Below the pieces are notes generated by a model. That model was not told the origin of the DNA. It saw only the letters and a list, made by a program, of their open reading frames with translations, and searched no databases. From assembly GCA_002426645.1 (NCBI GenBank), contig DIRN01000059.1, forward strand, positions 821-64,820: 64,000 nt of DNA, read 5' to 3'. A program made the translations under genes and the position numbers. Positions within the stretch are counted from its first letter, which is position 1; every line of letters starts with the position of its first letter. Source of the DNA: Firmicutes bacterium UBA5435 (GTDB lineage Bacteria; Bacillota; UBA5435). Positions 18,437-30,800 of the stretch are shown here, piece after piece.

Positions 18437-19327
18437 ATGACTTTTCAAGATATTATCTTGAAGCTACAGGTGTTTTGGGCTCAACAAGGGTGCATAATTC
18501 AGCAACCTTATGATATAGAAGTGGGTGCTGGGACCATGAATCCAGCCACATTTTTACGAGTATTGGGTCCAGAACCCTGGAACGTAGCATACGTTGAACC
18601 ATCCCGCAGGCCTACGGATGGTAGATACGGAGAAAATCCAAATAGGCTCCAACATTATTATCAATATCAGGTAATTATGAAACCTTCTCCTGAAAATATA
18701 CAGGATATCTATTTAAAGAGTCTGGAATCCTTGGGAATAGAATTAAAAAAACACGATGTGCGATTTGTTGAAGATGATTGGGAATCGCCTACCTTAGGAG
18801 CCTGGGGACTTGGATGGGAGGTCTGGCTTGATGGTATGGAGGTAACTCAGTTCACTTACTTTCAGCAAGTAGGTGGGTTTGATCTTAAACCAGTCTCTGT
18901 TGAGATAACATATGGCCTTGAACGACTAGCAATGTATATACAGAGCGTTGAAAGTGTCTTTGATATTCAATGGATCGATGATATTACATATGGAGATATC
19001 TACCACAGGGGAGAAGTGGAATTTTCTCATTATAATTTTGAGCTATCTGATGCTGATGCGCTCTTAAATTTATTTAATATATATGAAAAAGAAGCGGAAC
19101 GCATCATAGAAGAGGGCTTTGTACTACCTGCTTATGATTATATACTTAAGTGTTCACATACATTTAACCTCCTTGATGCCAGGGGGGTTATAGGTGTGAC
19201 TGAAAGGACAAGCTATATTGGGAGAGTAAGGGCTTTGGCACGAAAATGCGCAGAAAAGTATTTAAATGTGCGAGAAGAAATGGGTTATCCCTTATTGTTG
19301 AAGGGAGGTAAGACTCTTGCAGAGTGA
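18437..19327 (+). CDS. glyQ: Glycine--tRNA ligase alpha subunit
   Basis: [19 protein letters not shown]...[15 protein letters not shown] is canonical GlyQ. Confidence 0.95.
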   Translation: MTFQDIILKLQVFWAQQGCIIQQPYDIEVGAGTMNPATFLRVLGPEPWNVAYVEPSRRPTDGRYGENPNRLQHYYQYQVIMKPSPENIQDIYLKSLESLGIELKKHDVRFVEDDWESPTLGAWGLGWEVWLDGMEVTQFTYFQQVGGFDLKPVSVEITYGLERLAMYIQSVESVFDIQWIDDITYGDIYHRGEVEFSHYNFELSDADALLNLFNIYEKEAERIIEEGFVLPAYDYILKCSHTFNLLDARGVIGVTERTSYIGRVRALARKCAEKYLNVREEMGYPLLLKGGKTLAE

Positions 19328-21413
19328 ACTAATCTTTGAGATAGGTACTGAAGAGCTACCTGCTAGATTTGTTAAGACGGGATTGGTAGAATTTAAAAGG
19401 TTAGCAGTGGAATTAATGACAAAGGAACGCTTAGAGTATGAGGAGATTCGAACCTTCGGCACTCCTAGAAGGTTAGTTCTCTGTGTCCGGGGCCTTGCAA
19501 ACAAACAAGAAGATATGATCAAAGAGGTGAGGGGCCCATCAAAGAAGGTTGCTATAGATGAACATGGTGATTTTACTAGAGCAGCTCAAGGGTTTGCTCG
19601 TTCTCAAGGTGTTGACACAAAGGATTTAATTGTCAAGAGGACTCCGCAAGGAGAATATGTCTTTGTAATCCTGAAGGAAGAAGGTAGAGAGACAATCCAT
19701 GTCTTAGAGGAGCTTCTTCCTAATCTCGTTAAGGCTATTAATTTTCCTAAGTCTATGAGATGGGGTGATACAGATATACGGTTTGCCAGACCAATAAGAT
19801 GGTTAATGTCTCTATATGGAGAAGAAGTCGTATATTTTACTTTAGATGGACTGGGATCTGGGAATATTACCTTTGGGCATAGGCAGCTCTCCGAAGGAGC
19901 ATATAGTATTAAGTCTACAGATGAATATTTTAAAACCCTTAAAGAGGCTTATTGTATCCTCGATCAGGATAGACGAAGACAGATGATAGTAGGCCAGATA
20001 ACAAAGGCTGCTAGTACAGTTGGAGGGAGCGTTCTATTCGATGAGGAACTTATAGATGAGGTAACATTTCTCGTTGAATATCCTAGTGCCCTTTGCGGAG
20101 GGTTTGATCTCGAGTTTCTGAAGATACCTGCAGAGGTACTAATCACTACGATGAAGGAACATCAAAGGTACTTCCCTGTAGTTGACGATAATGGCTCCCT
20201 AATGGCTGCTTTTATAGCCATTAGGAATGGTGGACAAGAATATATAGATATTGTACGAGCTGGAAATGAAAGGGTTTTAAAAGCTCGACTCTCTGACGCC
20301 AGGTTCTTCTATGAAGAGGATAAACGTCTACCTTTAAGTGAACGTGTACAAGAACTCTCGGGTATAATATTTCATGAAGCTTTGGGCACCATGGCTGAGA
20401 AGGTTAATAGGGTCAGTAACCTCGCTTCATATATCGGTGAAAGCTTTGGTTTAGATATAGAGACTCTAAAGAAGATAAATAGAATAGCTCTTCTTTGTAA
20501 AGCGGATCTTGTCACCAACATGGTTCGTGAGTTTCCAGAGCTCCAGGGACAAATGGGCAGGGAATATGCGCGTTTATCTGGTGAAGACAGCGCAGTAGCT
20601 GAAGGGATCTTTGAGAGCTACCTTCCTAGGTTTTCTGGTGACGTTCTTCCAAAGACAGATATTGGTCGAGTTGTAAGCCTTGCTGATAAGTTCGATAGCA
20701 TAGTGGGGACCTTTGGAATAGGACTCATTCCTACTGGGTCAAAGGACCCTTATGCCCTTCGCCGTCAGACCTTAGGCATTTTAAATATTTTGATGGATGC
20801 TAGGTGTCATGTGCAGTTAAGCCATGTCATTGGGAAAGCTCTCGAACTTTATGAGGACTCTTCTAAGATTACAAGGAATACTAAAGAGATAAACACAGAC
20901 CTGATGGAGTTCTTTAAACAGCGGTTAGCAGGGCTTTTACAGGAGAGGGGTTTCAAGCACGACGTAGTTGAAGCAGTACTTGCAGCTGGTTTCGATGATG
21001 TAGTTCAGACCCTTGATAGGGCTCAGGCCTTAAATGACGTTATGTCCACATCTGAGTTCCTTAATCTTATAACTGCTATTACTCGAGCAGACAGGATATC
21101 AAAGGGTGTGACTCCTTCTGAGATAGATCCTTCTTTCTTTACAGATGAGGCAGAGAATGACCTTTATAAAGAATATATACGCTGTAAGGATGAGATAAAT
21201 AATATCATTGCGACTAGTCAAGATTCATCTAATAGATTTTTAAAGATCCTTTCCACCTTAGCGACTCTTCGAGGGCCTGTAGATCGTTTCTTCGATGATG
21301 TTATGGTCATGGTAGAGGATGAAACCATACGTGGCAATAGACTCTCTCTTATCAGAAAGGTAGCTGACTTATCATTACTTGTAGCAGATCTATCAAAGAT
21401 AAGTTATGAATAA
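19317..21413 (+). CDS. glyS: Glycine--tRNA ligase beta subunit
   Basis: [15 protein letters not shown]... Typical length for GlyS (698 aa). It overlaps the glyQ stop. Confidence 0.95.
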   Translation: MQSELIFEIGTEELPARFVKTGLVEFKRLAVELMTKERLEYEEIRTFGTPRRLVLCVRGLANKQEDMIKEVRGPSKKVAIDEHGDFTRAAQGFARSQGVDTKDLIVKRTPQGEYVFVILKEEGRETIHVLEELLPNLVKAINFPKSMRWGDTDIRFARPIRWLMSLYGEEVVYFTLDGLGSGNITFGHRQLSEGAYSIKSTDEYFKTLKEAYCILDQDRRRQMIVGQITKAASTVGGSVLFDEELIDEVTFLVEYPSALCGGFDLEFLKIPAEVLITTMKEHQRYFPVVDDNGSLMAAFIAIRNGGQEYIDIVRAGNERVLKARLSDARFFYEEDKRLPLSERVQELSGIIFHEALGTMAEKVNRVSNLASYIGESFGLDIETLKKINRIALLCKADLVTNMVREFPELQGQMGREYARLSGEDSAVAEGIFESYLPRFSGDVLPKTDIGRVVSLADKFDSIVGTFGIGLIPTGSKDPYALRRQTLGILNILMDARCHVQLSHVIGKALELYEDSSKITRNTKEINTDLMEFFKQRLAGLLQERGFKHDVVEAVLAAGFDDVVQTLDRAQALNDVMSTSEFLNLITAITRADRISKGVTPSEIDPSFFTDEAENDLYKEYIRCKDEINNIIATSQDSSNRFLKILSTLATLRGPVDRFFDDVMVMVEDETIRGNRLSLIRKVADLSLLVADLSKISYE

Positions 21414-21715
21414 TTTTGGTAATAAAATTACAAAATATTAGTATTAAGAAGGACTTTGATATTTTTTGTCGAATAATTATCTGGCGTCCCGTTTTTTTCT
21501 ATTATCACGCCGTTACTTATAATAGAAAAGTATAACGCATACGTTTATTGGGTTTGGCTATAATAACCAGAGCAAGGTAGGATTATTTAAACTTTATAAC
21601 GAAAGGAGAGCGAGAGCCTGGTACTGAGAGACCCTACCTTAGCTCCTCTATGGATCCATGGGTGGTTAAAAAGGAAAGAGATACCATAGAATTTTCTAAA
21701 AACCAGGTAAAATAT

Positions 21716-24376
21716 ATGGCAAATAACAAGTATGTTTACTTTTTTGGAAATGCAAAAGCAGAGGGCGACGCTAGTATGCGTAACCTCCTAGGCGGAAAAG
21801 GTGCAAACCTCGCTGAGATGGTGAATCTTGGGATACCAGTTCCGTCTGGCTTTACTATAACAACAGAGGTCTGTACGTTATTTTACAAAAATAATCGTCA
21901 ATATCCTGAAGGATTACAGGAACAAATCGAGCTTAATCTTAAGAAACTCGAAGAGAGTATGGGGAAGAAATTTGGAGATTGTAATAATCCCCTTTTAGTA
22001 TCTGTTCGCTCAGGCGCGCGAGTTTCCATGCCAGGTATGATGGATACTGTATTAAACCTGGGACTTAATGACGACACTGTTAAGGGTCTTATAGCTGCTA
22101 CTGGAAATGAGCGGTTTGGTTACGATGCATATCGCCGTTTTATTCAGATGTTCAGCGATGTGGTTCTCGGCGTAGAACATAGTGAATTCGAGACAATTCT
22201 TAATGCTGAGAAAGAAAAGAAAGGTATTAAATTTGATACTGATTTGACAGCTGATGATCTTAAAGAATTAGTAGCTCTTTATAAAGAGAAGGTTAAAGAA
22301 GAGAAAGGAATAGATTTTCCCGAGTCACCTATGGAGCAACTTAAGATGGCAATAGACGCTGTCTTCGATTCTTGGGATAATCCTCGCGCTTTTACATATA
22401 GAAGACTTCATAATATATCCCATGATTGGGGTACTGCTGTTAATGTTCAGGCTATGGTCTTTGGAAATATGGGAGAAAACTCAGGTACTGGTGTAGCCTT
22501 TACCCGTGACCCTTCTACCGGAGAAAACAAATACTATGGCGAATATCTTAGAAACGCTCAGGGTGAAGACGTAGTTGCTGGTATCAGAACTCCCAAACCT
22601 ATAGCAGAACTTGAGAAGGATATGCCTGCTATATATAAGGAACTTACAGGGATCTTTGATAGGTTAGAGAACCATTATAAAGATATGCAGGACGTAGAAT
22701 TTACAATAGAAGAAGGTAGACTTTTCTTATTACAGACTCGTGGTGGTAAACGTACTGCAGCAGCAGCTATTAAGATAGCTGTGGATATGGTGAAAGATGG
22801 TTTTATTAATAAAGACACAGCTTTACTACGAGTTGATCCCGGTCAACTTGATCAACTTCTACACAATCGGATAGATCCGAAGGCTAGTAAGCAGGTCATA
22901 GCAAAGGGCTTAGCTGCTTCTCCTGGAGCTGCTGTAGGTAGTGTTGTCTTTAGTTCAGATAAGGCTGCAGATGCGGGAGAAAATAACCAGACGGTTGTCT
23001 TGGTGCGCAATGAAACTTCTCCCGATGATATACATGGTATGGCAGCTGCTCAAGGGATTTTAACTGCACGTGGTGGAATGACTAGCCACGCGGCGGTAGT
23101 AGCTAGAGGTATGGGTAAATGTTGTGTTTCTGGTTGTGAAGCTATAAAAATCGATGAAGAGAAGAAGCAATTTATAGTCGGAGATATAGTTGTAAAAGAA
23201 GGAGATTTTATAACCATAGATGGTTCTACAGGAGAAGTTATGTTAGGTAAGGTCCCCACTATAGCTCCTGAAATGAGCGAGGATTTCTTAACATTAATGG
23301 AATGGGCAGACGCTACTCGTGTGCTAAAAGTGAGGGCAAATGGAGATTCCCCTGTAGATGCAACAAATGCCAGGAACTTTGGAGCCGAAGGAATTGGACT
23401 ATGTAGGACAGAACATATGTTCTTTGCTGAGGATAGAATTCCTATTGTTCAGGAAATGATCTTGGCGAATAGCGCTGAAGAACGTAAAAATGCATTGGCT
23501 CAGCTCTTACCTTTACAAAAGAATGACTTTAAAGCTATATTCAAAGCCATGCAAGGCTTACCAGTGACTATACGGCTTTTAGATCCTCCGCTCCATGAGT
23601 TCTTACCTAGCTACGACGATCTTTTAGTAGAGCTAACACAGTTAAAGGCTACAAATGCCGATAGTGCAGTTATTGCAGAGAAAGAGGCTCTCCTTAGTAG
23701 GGTGGAGAAGCTTAAGGAAATCAACCCTATGCTGGGACATAGAGGGTGTCGCTTAGGGGTCACTTTCCCTGATATCTATGAGATGCAGGTAAGAGCCATC
23801 TTCGAAGCAGCGACTGAACTTTCTAAAGAAGGGGTAACAGTAGTCCCAGAAGTTATGATCCCCCTAGTAGGGCATGTAAATGAATTAAAGCTAATGAGAG
23901 AACTTACTCAAAAGACTGCAAAAGCTGTCATGTCAGAGGTTGGGGTCGAGGTTGAATATATGGTCGGGACAATGATTGAACTGCCTAGAGCAGCGTTGAC
24001 TGCTGATGAGATTGCACAAGAAGCTGAGTTTTTCTCCTTTGGCACAAATGATCTTACCCAAACAACCTTTGGGTTCAGTAGAGATGATGCTGAAGGTAAA
24101 TTCCTTGCCTATTATTTAGAGAATAACGTATTGGAGAGGAATCCCTTCCAAGTATTAGATCAAACTGGTGTAGGTCAATTAGTTGAGATGGGGGTAAAGA
24201 AAGGACGTTCCACAAAGGATGACTTAAAGGTAGGGATTTGTGGAGAACATGGCGGAGAGCCCCTTTCGGTAGAGTTTTGCCATCGCGTAGGTCTAGATTA
24301 TGTGAGTTGCTCTCCCTTTAGGGTTCCTATTGCAAGGTTAGCAGCAGCTCAGGCTCAAATCAAAGAACCTAGGTAG
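21716..24376 (+). CDS. ppdK: Pyruvate, phosphate dikinase
   Basis: ASMRNLLGGKGANLAEM, GGMTSHAAVVARGMGKCCV and CRTEH motifs. Start set at the ATG at 21716 (MANNKYVYFFG), which matches PPDK N-termini, rather than the track start at 21650. Confidence 0.9.
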   Translation: MANNKYVYFFGNAKAEGDASMRNLLGGKGANLAEMVNLGIPVPSGFTITTEVCTLFYKNNRQYPEGLQEQIELNLKKLEESMGKKFGDCNNPLLVSVRSGARVSMPGMMDTVLNLGLNDDTVKGLIAATGNERFGYDAYRRFIQMFSDVVLGVEHSEFETILNAEKEKKGIKFDTDLTADDLKELVALYKEKVKEEKGIDFPESPMEQLKMAIDAVFDSWDNPRAFTYRRLHNISHDWGTAVNVQAMVFGNMGENSGTGVAFTRDPSTGENKYYGEYLRNAQGEDVVAGIRTPKPIAELEKDMPAIYKELTGIFDRLENHYKDMQDVEFTIEEGRLFLLQTRGGKRTAAAAIKIAVDMVKDGFINKDTALLRVDPGQLDQLLHNRIDPKASKQVIAKGLAASPGAAVGSVVFSSDKAADAGENNQTVVLVRNETSPDDIHGMAAAQGILTARGGMTSHAAVVARGMGKCCVSGCEAIKIDEEKKQFIVGDIVVKEGDFITIDGSTGEVMLGKVPTIAPEMSEDFLTLMEWADATRVLKVRANGDSPVDATNARNFGAEGIGLCRTEHMFFAEDRIPIVQEMILANSAEERKNALAQLLPLQKNDFKAIFKAMQGLPVTIRLLDPPLHEFLPSYDDLLVELTQLKATNADSAVIAEKEALLSRVEKLKEINPMLGHRGCRLGVTFPDIYEMQVRAIFEAATELSKEGVTVVPEVMIPLVGHVNELKLMRELTQKTAKAVMSEVGVEVEYMVGTMIELPRAALTADEIAQEAEFFSFGTNDLTQTTFGFSRDDAEGKFLAYYLENNVLERNPFQVLDQTGVGQLVEMGVKKGRSTKDDLKVGICGEHGGEPLSVEFCHRVGLDYVSCSPFRVPIARLAAAQAQIKEPR

Positions 24377-24464
24377 AGAATCATATGAAAATAACGAACT
24401 CTTGGGGCGTGTTATGGGAAGGATGAGGATTTCATCCTTATAAGCCCCTAAGGGGCTATTAAGG

Positions 24465-24500
24465 TCCAGGCCATTAATGCGCGGCTTGGACTTTTTATAT
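24465..24500 (+). terminator. Rho-independent terminator after ppdK
   Basis: tccaggcc ... ggcttgga forms an 8-bp stem with one G-U pair, then cTTTTTaT. A small GC hairpin (agcccc taa ggggct) precedes it at 24443-24457. Confidence 0.6.
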
Positions 24501-24521
24501 TTATAAAGGTGGTGACTATAA

Positions 24522-25535
24522 TTGAAAAACATTCGTGAGTTCCTCGAAGAAATGGAGGAAGAATATCTATCACCATATGGAGTTCGTTCGCGAGAGAGTA
24601 AGGGTAGAGAGAGAGAGGAAGAAAAGTGTAAGATTCGTACTGAATTTCAGCGAGATAGGGACAGGATAATACACTCAAAATCCTTTCGTAGACTGAAACA
24701 CAAGACACAGGTTTTTATATCCTCCACAGGGGATCATTATAGAACGCGATTAACCCATACATTAGAGGTCTCACAGATAAGTCGCACTATAGCCAGGGCA
24801 CTTAGAGTAAATGAAGATCTGACAGAGGCTATTGCATTAGGTCATGATATAGGTCATACTCCCTTTGGTCATGCAGGAGAAGAAGGACTTAACGAAGTCT
24901 TTAGTGGAGGATTTAAGCATAATTTACAGAGTTTGCGTGTAGTGGATCTTTTAGAGAGAAAACGCTGTGATTTTCCGGGTTTTAACCTGACTTGGGAGGT
25001 AAGGGATGGTATTCGTACTCATACAGGCCCTGATGAGCCCGCTACTATAGAAGGATGGATAGTAAGGTATTCAGATCGCATAGCCTATATTAATCATGAT
25101 ATAGATGATGCTATTAGAGCTGGCATAATTAAAGAGGAAGATTTGCCAAAAGATTGTGTAGCTATTCTTGGTGAAAGCCATGGCGTGAGGATAGATACTA
25201 TGGTGAAGGATATAATATATTCGAGTCAATATAAGAATAAGCTTTGTATGAGCGGAGAAGTTTATCATGCTATGAACATGCTAAGAGATTTCCTTTTTGA
25301 AAGGGTATATTTTTCTCCAAGTGCTCGGGGCGAAGCTATGAAGGGTAAAGGTGTTGTGAAAGAACTCTTTAGGTACTTTTGCGAAAATCCATCTCATCCA
25401 GGGTTAAATAGAAACGGTCTTTTAGAACAGGATGTATGTGATTATATAGCTGGTATGACAGATGTATATGCTATAAATCAATATTGTAGCATATTTTTAC
25501 CAGACTTTAAAGATAATATCTTTTACAGGAAGTAG
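24522..25535 (+). CDS. dgt: dGTP triphosphohydrolase-like HD-domain protein
   Basis: [23 protein letters not shown]...[10 protein letters not shown]...[11 protein letters not shown] is the HD motif. The position before dnaG-sigA is typical. Confidence 0.85.
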   Translation: MKNIREFLEEMEEEYLSPYGVRSRESKGREREEEKCKIRTEFQRDRDRIIHSKSFRRLKHKTQVFISSTGDHYRTRLTHTLEVSQISRTIARALRVNEDLTEAIALGHDIGHTPFGHAGEEGLNEVFSGGFKHNLQSLRVVDLLERKRCDFPGFNLTWEVRDGIRTHTGPDEPATIEGWIVRYSDRIAYINHDIDDAIRAGIIKEEDLPKDCVAILGESHGVRIDTMVKDIIYSSQYKNKLCMSGEVYHAMNMLRDFLFERVYFSPSARGEAMKGKGVVKELFRYFCENPSHPGLNRNGLLEQDVCDYIAGMTDVYAINQYCSIFLPDFKDNIFYRK

Positions 25536-25913
25536 TAGTTACAGTCTAAATAGCTCATTTACTTAAAATATCAGAGATATTTGCGTAAATAAAGAGGATT
25601 TTTTGAATTCTTGTCGAAAAAGATATAACTGCATAATATATATAATATAGCGGGAAACTAGTTCTATTACTCGTCTGTCTTTTAGGTAATTAGATCCATT
25701 ATATTCGGAATAAGGTGTTCTATCAAAAAGAGGATTATTTATTCAAATACAAGAAAGGAAAAAAGCATTTTATGGCGAAATCTTTATATATAACATAGAT
25801 TACAAATCTTAAAGCCCAATTTAGGGGATGACAATTTAGGGAAGACTCGTCCTGTTTTTCTTTTAAGACTTTTAAATATAACTCATTTCGAAGGATAGGA
25901 GGAGGATGAGTTC

Positions 25914-27782
25914 TTGATGAAACCATTAAATCGTAGTGATGATATTGAGGCGATACGTTCTTCCAATGACATTGTGGATGTAATTTCGCAGTATGTATCT
26001 TTAAAACAATCGGGCAAAAATTTTAAAGGACTTTGTCCTTTTCATAAAGAACAAACCCCTTCCTTTAACGTCAACCCGGATAATCAGTTTTTTTATTGTT
26101 TTGGTTGTGGAGCGGGGGGCGATGTCTTTAGTTTTATTATGCAAATAGAGAATATGACCTTTCCAGAGGCTGCAGAGGTCCTTGCAGAGAGAGTAGGGAT
26201 GAGTTTCTCTGTCAAAGCAGGTTCTCGTGATTCAGAAGAATTTCAGAAAAGAGAGAGGCTCTATAAGGCGAATAGTTTAGCTGCTGAATACTTTCATAAT
26301 TATCTTACTCAAACTATAGAAGGAAAGGCTGCAAGGGAGTATTTGGCGCAACGTGGGATCAAACCAAAGGCTATACAAGAATTTATGTTAGGATATTCTC
26401 CTAACAGATGGGATGGTTTGATGAATGTTATGCTTAAAAAGAGTTTCTCTGCTAAAGAATTAGAAAACGCAGGCCTTATCCTTGCAAATAGGGACCGCGA
26501 CAGTCACTATGATAGGTTTAGAGATAGATTGATCTTTACCATTTGGGATCATATGGGGAGGATAGTTGGTTTCGGTGGACGAACCATGAACGATAGTCAG
26601 GGTCCTAAATACTTAAATTCTCCTGAGACCCTGATCTTTGAGAAAAATAAGGGATTATATGGATTGCACATTGCAAAGGACGAAATAAGGCGTACTGGTA
26701 TAGTTGTGCTTGTTGAAGGATATATAGATGTTATTAGCGCTCATCAGAGCGGAATAAAGAATGTAGTAGCATCTATGGGCACAAGTCTAACAGAAGGACA
26801 GGTGAACCTGATATCCCGTTACGCAAAGGAAGTTTTAATAGCTTATGATGCTGATGCAGCAGGTGCTAACGCCACTTTGCGCGGGTTAGACCTACTAAGG
26901 GCAGCGGGACTTTATGTGAAGATCATCTCCCTTCCTTCTGGTATGGACCCAGATGAACTAATTAGAAGATCGGGGGCTACTGTTTTTATTGGTTTAATGG
27001 AAAAAGCTCTTTCGCTAGCAGAGTATAGGATTGAATTAATACTGGATAACAGTGATATCTCTACAGTTGAAGGTAAATCAAAAGCAGTGAGAGACTTAAT
27101 AAATTTTTTAGTTACACTTGATAATGCAGTGGAAGAGGAAGAATATGCTAAGAAATTTGCACGGGAATTAGGAATCTCTGAAGGCTCAATTCTTATAGAA
27201 TTAGAGAAAGCAAGACGTAGTCATATCAAAACTAAGAGTATAGAGAATAAATTTCCGAAAAATAACCATACTAATGTTAAAAATACAAATTATACTAATA
27301 ATATGAAGGCTCAGTCCACGTCAGCCATTGAAAAAGCTGAAAAGATGCTATTATACTTTATAATATGGCATAAGGAGTTAAGAATAGAGGTAGAAGAGCG
27401 CATTGGAGTTGAGGGATTTACAAATCCACAATTTCGTGAGCTTGCAGCGGTATTGTTTAAGAACCATGATTCTCATGAAGGTGCATTACTTTTAAAGAAA
27501 CTTAATATGGATTTCACGAATACTTTTAATGTGGGAATGACTCAATTATTAGCGGAGATTTCCCTCCTCCAATCGGATGTAGAATATAAAAAAGAGGTAT
27601 TCGATGATTGTTTAAAATACATTGAGAAACGTATCTTAGATGAGAAGATAAAAGCGTTAGACGATGAGATCAATATTCTTTTCAATAAAGGTGATAAGGA
27701 GAGTGCACTGAAACGTCTTCAATATAAAGGAGATTTAATGAAAGAGCGTGGAAAGCTCTCTTCTTTTCAAGGTATATCTTGA
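25914..27782 (+). CDS. dnaG: DNA primase
   Basis: Zinc ribbon CPFHKEQTPSF...CFGCGAGGD and TOPRIM domain (VLVEGYIDVISAHQSG). Confidence 0.95.
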   Translation: MMKPLNRSDDIEAIRSSNDIVDVISQYVSLKQSGKNFKGLCPFHKEQTPSFNVNPDNQFFYCFGCGAGGDVFSFIMQIENMTFPEAAEVLAERVGMSFSVKAGSRDSEEFQKRERLYKANSLAAEYFHNYLTQTIEGKAAREYLAQRGIKPKAIQEFMLGYSPNRWDGLMNVMLKKSFSAKELENAGLILANRDRDSHYDRFRDRLIFTIWDHMGRIVGFGGRTMNDSQGPKYLNSPETLIFEKNKGLYGLHIAKDEIRRTGIVVLVEGYIDVISAHQSGIKNVVASMGTSLTEGQVNLISRYAKEVLIAYDADAAGANATLRGLDLLRAAGLYVKIISLPSGMDPDELIRRSGATVFIGLMEKALSLAEYRIELILDNSDISTVEGKSKAVRDLINFLVTLDNAVEEEEYAKKFARELGISEGSILIELEKARRSHIKTKSIENKFPKNNHTNVKNTNYTNNMKAQSTSAIEKAEKMLLYFIIWHKELRIEVEERIGVEGFTNPQFRELAAVLFKNHDSHEGALLLKKLNMDFTNTFNVGMTQLLAEISLLQSDVEYKKEVFDDCLKYIEKRILDEKIKALDDEINILFNKGDKESALKRLQYKGDLMKERGKLSSFQGIS

Positions 27783-27905
27783 ATATAATTGTTAGAACGA
27801 GTTTATAATTCATATAAATTTTAACGATGGGTTTTGAATAAGAGACTGATAGGAAGAATTGTTCTGTTGTTAATCGAAGTAGTAAGAAGGGGGGGATCGT
27901 TGCTC

Positions 27906-29030
27906 ATGTCAAAAGGAAATAGAGCAAGTGAGGAACGACATATAAAGACTGAAGAACTCTTCACTGGTGAAGTGAAGAAATTAATTGAGACTGCTAAGAA
28001 GAAAGGTACATTGACCTATAAAGAAATGATGGATACGCTGGAAAGTGTAGAACTTACTCCGGAACAAATAGATGATATATATCGGCAATTGTCTGATATG
28101 GGTATAGATGTTGTACCAGAAAGTGACGATATAGCCTCTGAGGAACAAGTGGATACCTCCGAGCCTATAGAGGACTTAGAGTCGGATATTCCCGAAGGAA
28201 TTGAAGTGGACGATCCGGTTCGAATGTATTTGAAAGAGATTGGGAGGGTACCGCTTTTAACAGCAGAGGAAGAGATAGAATTGGCTCAAAGAATAGAACA
28301 GGGTGAAGAAGAAGCAAAACGTGAGCTCTCTGAGTCTAATCTCAGGTTGGTTGTTAGTATTGCTAAACGTTATGTAGGGAGAGGTTTGCTATTCTTGGAT
28401 TTGATCCAAGAGGGGAACCTTGGCCTTATGAAAGCTGTTGACAAATTTGATTATAGGAAAGGATATAAGTTCAGTACATATGCTACTTGGTGGATAAGGC
28501 AAGCTATTACAAGAGCTATAGCTGATCAAGCGCGTACGATAAGAATACCAGTTCATATGGTTGAGACCATCAATAAGCTTATAAGGACTTCACGTCATCT
28601 GCTTCAGGAGCTTGGTAGGGATCCCACCCCTGAAGAGATTGCAGAAGCTATGGATATGGATGTAGAGAGGATACGTGAGATTATAAAGATCGCTCAGGAA
28701 CCTGTTTCTCTTGAGACACCTATCGGTGAAGAAGAAGACAGTCATCTTGGAGACTTTATAGAAGATCAGGAAGCACTTGCTCCTGCTGAATCTGCTTCAT
28801 TTACTATGCTAAAAGAGCAACTAGATAGTGTATTGCATACTTTGACAGAGCGCGAACAGAGAGTTCTAAAGCTGCGTTTTGGGTTGGAGGATGGTAGGCC
28901 TCGTACTCTTGAGGAGGTAGGTCAGCTCTTTGGAGTTACCAGAGAGAGAATTAGACAGATAGAAGCTAAAGCCTTAAGGAAGTTGAGGCATCCTAGCCGA
29001 AGTAAGAAGTTAAAAGACTATCTAGATTAG
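27906..29030 (+). CDS. sigA: RNA polymerase sigma factor RpoD/SigA
   Basis: Region 2 reads [58 protein letters not shown]. Region 4 reads [30 protein letters not shown]. Start set at the ATG at 27906 (AAGGGGGG RBS). Confidence 0.9.
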   Translation: MSKGNRASEERHIKTEELFTGEVKKLIETAKKKGTLTYKEMMDTLESVELTPEQIDDIYRQLSDMGIDVVPESDDIASEEQVDTSEPIEDLESDIPEGIEVDDPVRMYLKEIGRVPLLTAEEEIELAQRIEQGEEEAKRELSESNLRLVVSIAKRYVGRGLLFLDLIQEGNLGLMKAVDKFDYRKGYKFSTYATWWIRQAITRAIADQARTIRIPVHMVETINKLIRTSRHLLQELGRDPTPEEIAEAMDMDVERIREIIKIAQEPVSLETPIGEEEDSHLGDFIEDQEALAPAESASFTMLKEQLDSVLHTLTEREQRVLKLRFGLEDGRPRTLEEVGQLFGVTRERIRQIEAKALRKLRHPSRSKKLKDYLD

Positions 29031-29164
29031 CTAGATACTATACAATGTTTATCATACAAAAGTCTGTTTTGATAGAAACTTAATAAAAACCTTGAAAAGC
29101 AAAGAAATACGTAGATAGGTCAATACAATTGCTTGTTAAGGCTATTTCAGCTCAAATACGGTTT

Positions 29165-29193
29165 TTGATTTTAATGTCACAGTGAAGTATAAT
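29165..29193 (+). promoter_or_regulatory. Candidate promoter for the tRNA cluster (TTGATT, 17 nt, TATAAT)
   Basis: ttgatt ttaatgtcacagtgaag tataat lies 20 nt upstream of tRNA-Asn. Confidence 0.45.
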
Positions 29194-29213
29194 AACAAAT
29201 GTCGGTCGGATAT

Positions 29214-29288
29214 TCCCCGATAGCTCAATGGTGGAGCAACCGGCTGTTAACCGGTAGGCTGCAGGTTCGAGTCCTGCTCGGGGAGCCA
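29214..29288 (+). tRNA. tRNA-Asn (GTT)
   Basis: Cloverleaf with acceptor tccccga/tcgggga. Anticodon loop cuGUUaa. T-arm GGTTCGAGTCC. Terminal CCA is encoded. Confidence 0.9.
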
Positions 29289-29294
29289 CCTAAT

Positions 29295-29371
29295 GGGCCC
29301 ATAGCTCAGTTGGTCAGAGCAGTCGACTCATAATCGACTGGTCGTAGGTTCAAGTCCTACTGGGCCCACCA
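29295..29371 (+). tRNA. tRNA-Met (CAT). Elongator Met versus Ile2 (lysidine) cannot be told apart here.
   Basis: Acceptor gggccca/tgggccc. Anticodon stem gtcga/tcgac with loop cuCAUaa. T-arm GGTTCAAGTCC. CCA is encoded. Confidence 0.85.
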
Positions 29372-29379
29372 TCTTTTAT

Positions 29380-29455
29380 GCTCCCATCGTCTAGTGGCCT
29401 AGGACACAGCCCTTTCAAGGCTGCGGCGCGGATTCGAATTCCGCTGGGAGCGCCA
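29380..29455 (+). tRNA. tRNA-Glu (TTC)
   Basis: Acceptor gctccca/tgggagc. Anticodon loop cuUUCaa. T-arm GATTCGAATTC. CCA is encoded. Confidence 0.9.
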
Positions 29456-29464
29456 TTCTATTAT

Positions 29465-29494
29465 AACCTGCTGAGAAGCGGGTTTGTTTTTTTC
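29465..29494 (+). terminator. Rho-independent terminator after the tRNA cluster
   Basis: aacctgc tgagaa gcgggtt forms a 7-bp stem, followed by tgTTTTTTT. Confidence 0.65.
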
Positions 29495-29680
29495 TCTTCT
29501 AAATTTCCTCCGTATATAGAATCAAGTGCCTATTCGATCCTTTCTTTATAATTAACTATATCTTAGTTCATTATAGCAGGAAAACCAAACTTTTTATCGA
29601 ATAACAAATAAAAAGCTTCCAACTTTTTTGTAGTCAGCGAATTCATTAGGTTTTTTTACACAAAAGGGGAGGAGAGACTT

Positions 29681-30733
29681 ATGTCAGGAACAAAAATGCG
29701 TCCACTGAAGACAGGAATTGCTTACCATGGTAATAGGATTTTGAAACATATAGAAGAGGACATGAGGGACATAATTGAACACAATTTTAATCTAGTTGTT
29801 CATATGTTCTCCCATAATGATTGGGATCGACATTGTAGAGTCATGGCAGATATAATTAAGATTACTGAGGATTTTGGATTAGAAGTATGGATCGATAATT
29901 GGGGATTAGGCGGGCCTCCAGGTGATAAGTCTCATTTCCTTGCATATTATCCAGAGAGTCATCAAATATATTCAGATGGTACAATGGATCCTGTAAGAGC
30001 ATGTCTAAATAGTATAGACTTTAGGAAGTTCACAAAATCATGGCTTGATACAGTAAAGGAAATAGGAGGAAAGACTATATTCTGGGATGAACCTCACCTT
30101 GTTGGGAAAGACATGGAAAACGGCACGCCAAAGGTTTGGACCTGCAGGTGTGCTCGGTGTCAGGAAGTATTTAAAGAAAGATACGGTAAGGAGATGCCTA
30201 CAGAATTTACCCGTGAGGTTGAGGCCTTTAGAATCTGGACGATAGTAGACTATTTTCGAGAAGCTACAAGTTATAGTAAAAGTTTAGGAATGGATAACGT
30301 AGTATGCGTGATGCTCGGTGAAAGCTTTGGTATTAATTTATCTACTATTCATGAGATCGCTAGCCTAGAGACTTTAGATAATATTGGCACAGATCCATAT
30401 TGGCTTGGTACAAACGCAGATCCATATGAATTCGTTTATTCCGCCACAAAAAGGAACTTAGAGATATGTGAGAAATATGGGAAGGATCATAACCTTTGGA
30501 TTCAGGGGTATGGCTTTCCTAAGGGCAGAGAAGAAGAGATAATCTCAGGTGCTGATGCTGCATACGATGCTGGAGCTAGAACTATTTTAGTCTGGGGTTT
30601 CCGTGGAGGCGAATCAAATGATTATCGTGCGAAGAACCCAGACTTGACATGGAAAGTTATTGGGGATGCAATGCACAGGATTAAAGAACGAGATAGGGAT
30701 CTTAGAAGAAGTATGCATAATAAGACCATATAA
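29681..30733 (+). CDS. Hypothetical protein (possible TIM-barrel hydrolase-like fold; family not recognised)
   Basis: 350-aa ORF with a good RBS (aaaggggaggag). First gene of the cluster that runs to the Hsp70 paralog. Confidence 0.55.
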   Translation: MSGTKMRPLKTGIAYHGNRILKHIEEDMRDIIEHNFNLVVHMFSHNDWDRHCRVMADIIKITEDFGLEVWIDNWGLGGPPGDKSHFLAYYPESHQIYSDGTMDPVRACLNSIDFRKFTKSWLDTVKEIGGKTIFWDEPHLVGKDMENGTPKVWTCRCARCQEVFKERYGKEMPTEFTREVEAFRIWTIVDYFREATSYSKSLGMDNVVCVMLGESFGINLSTIHEIASLETLDNIGTDPYWLGTNADPYEFVYSATKRNLEICEKYGKDHNLWIQGYGFPKGREEEIISGADAAYDAGARTILVWGFRGGESNDYRAKNPDLTWKVIGDAMHRIKERDRDLRRSMHNKTI

Positions 30734-30800
30734 TAATAAAAAGAACCTTGGAGAAGATATACTTATTAACTAACTTTATTAGATGAGGAGCTGAGCATGT

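Noticed and set aside
21650-21715. Upstream extension of ppdK (ORF-track start at 21650, MDPWVVKKERDTIEFSKNQVKY)
   Set aside because: PPDK proteins begin M-A-x-K-[YW]-V-Y-x-F, which matches the internal ATG at 21716. The extension lacks similarity and an RBS.
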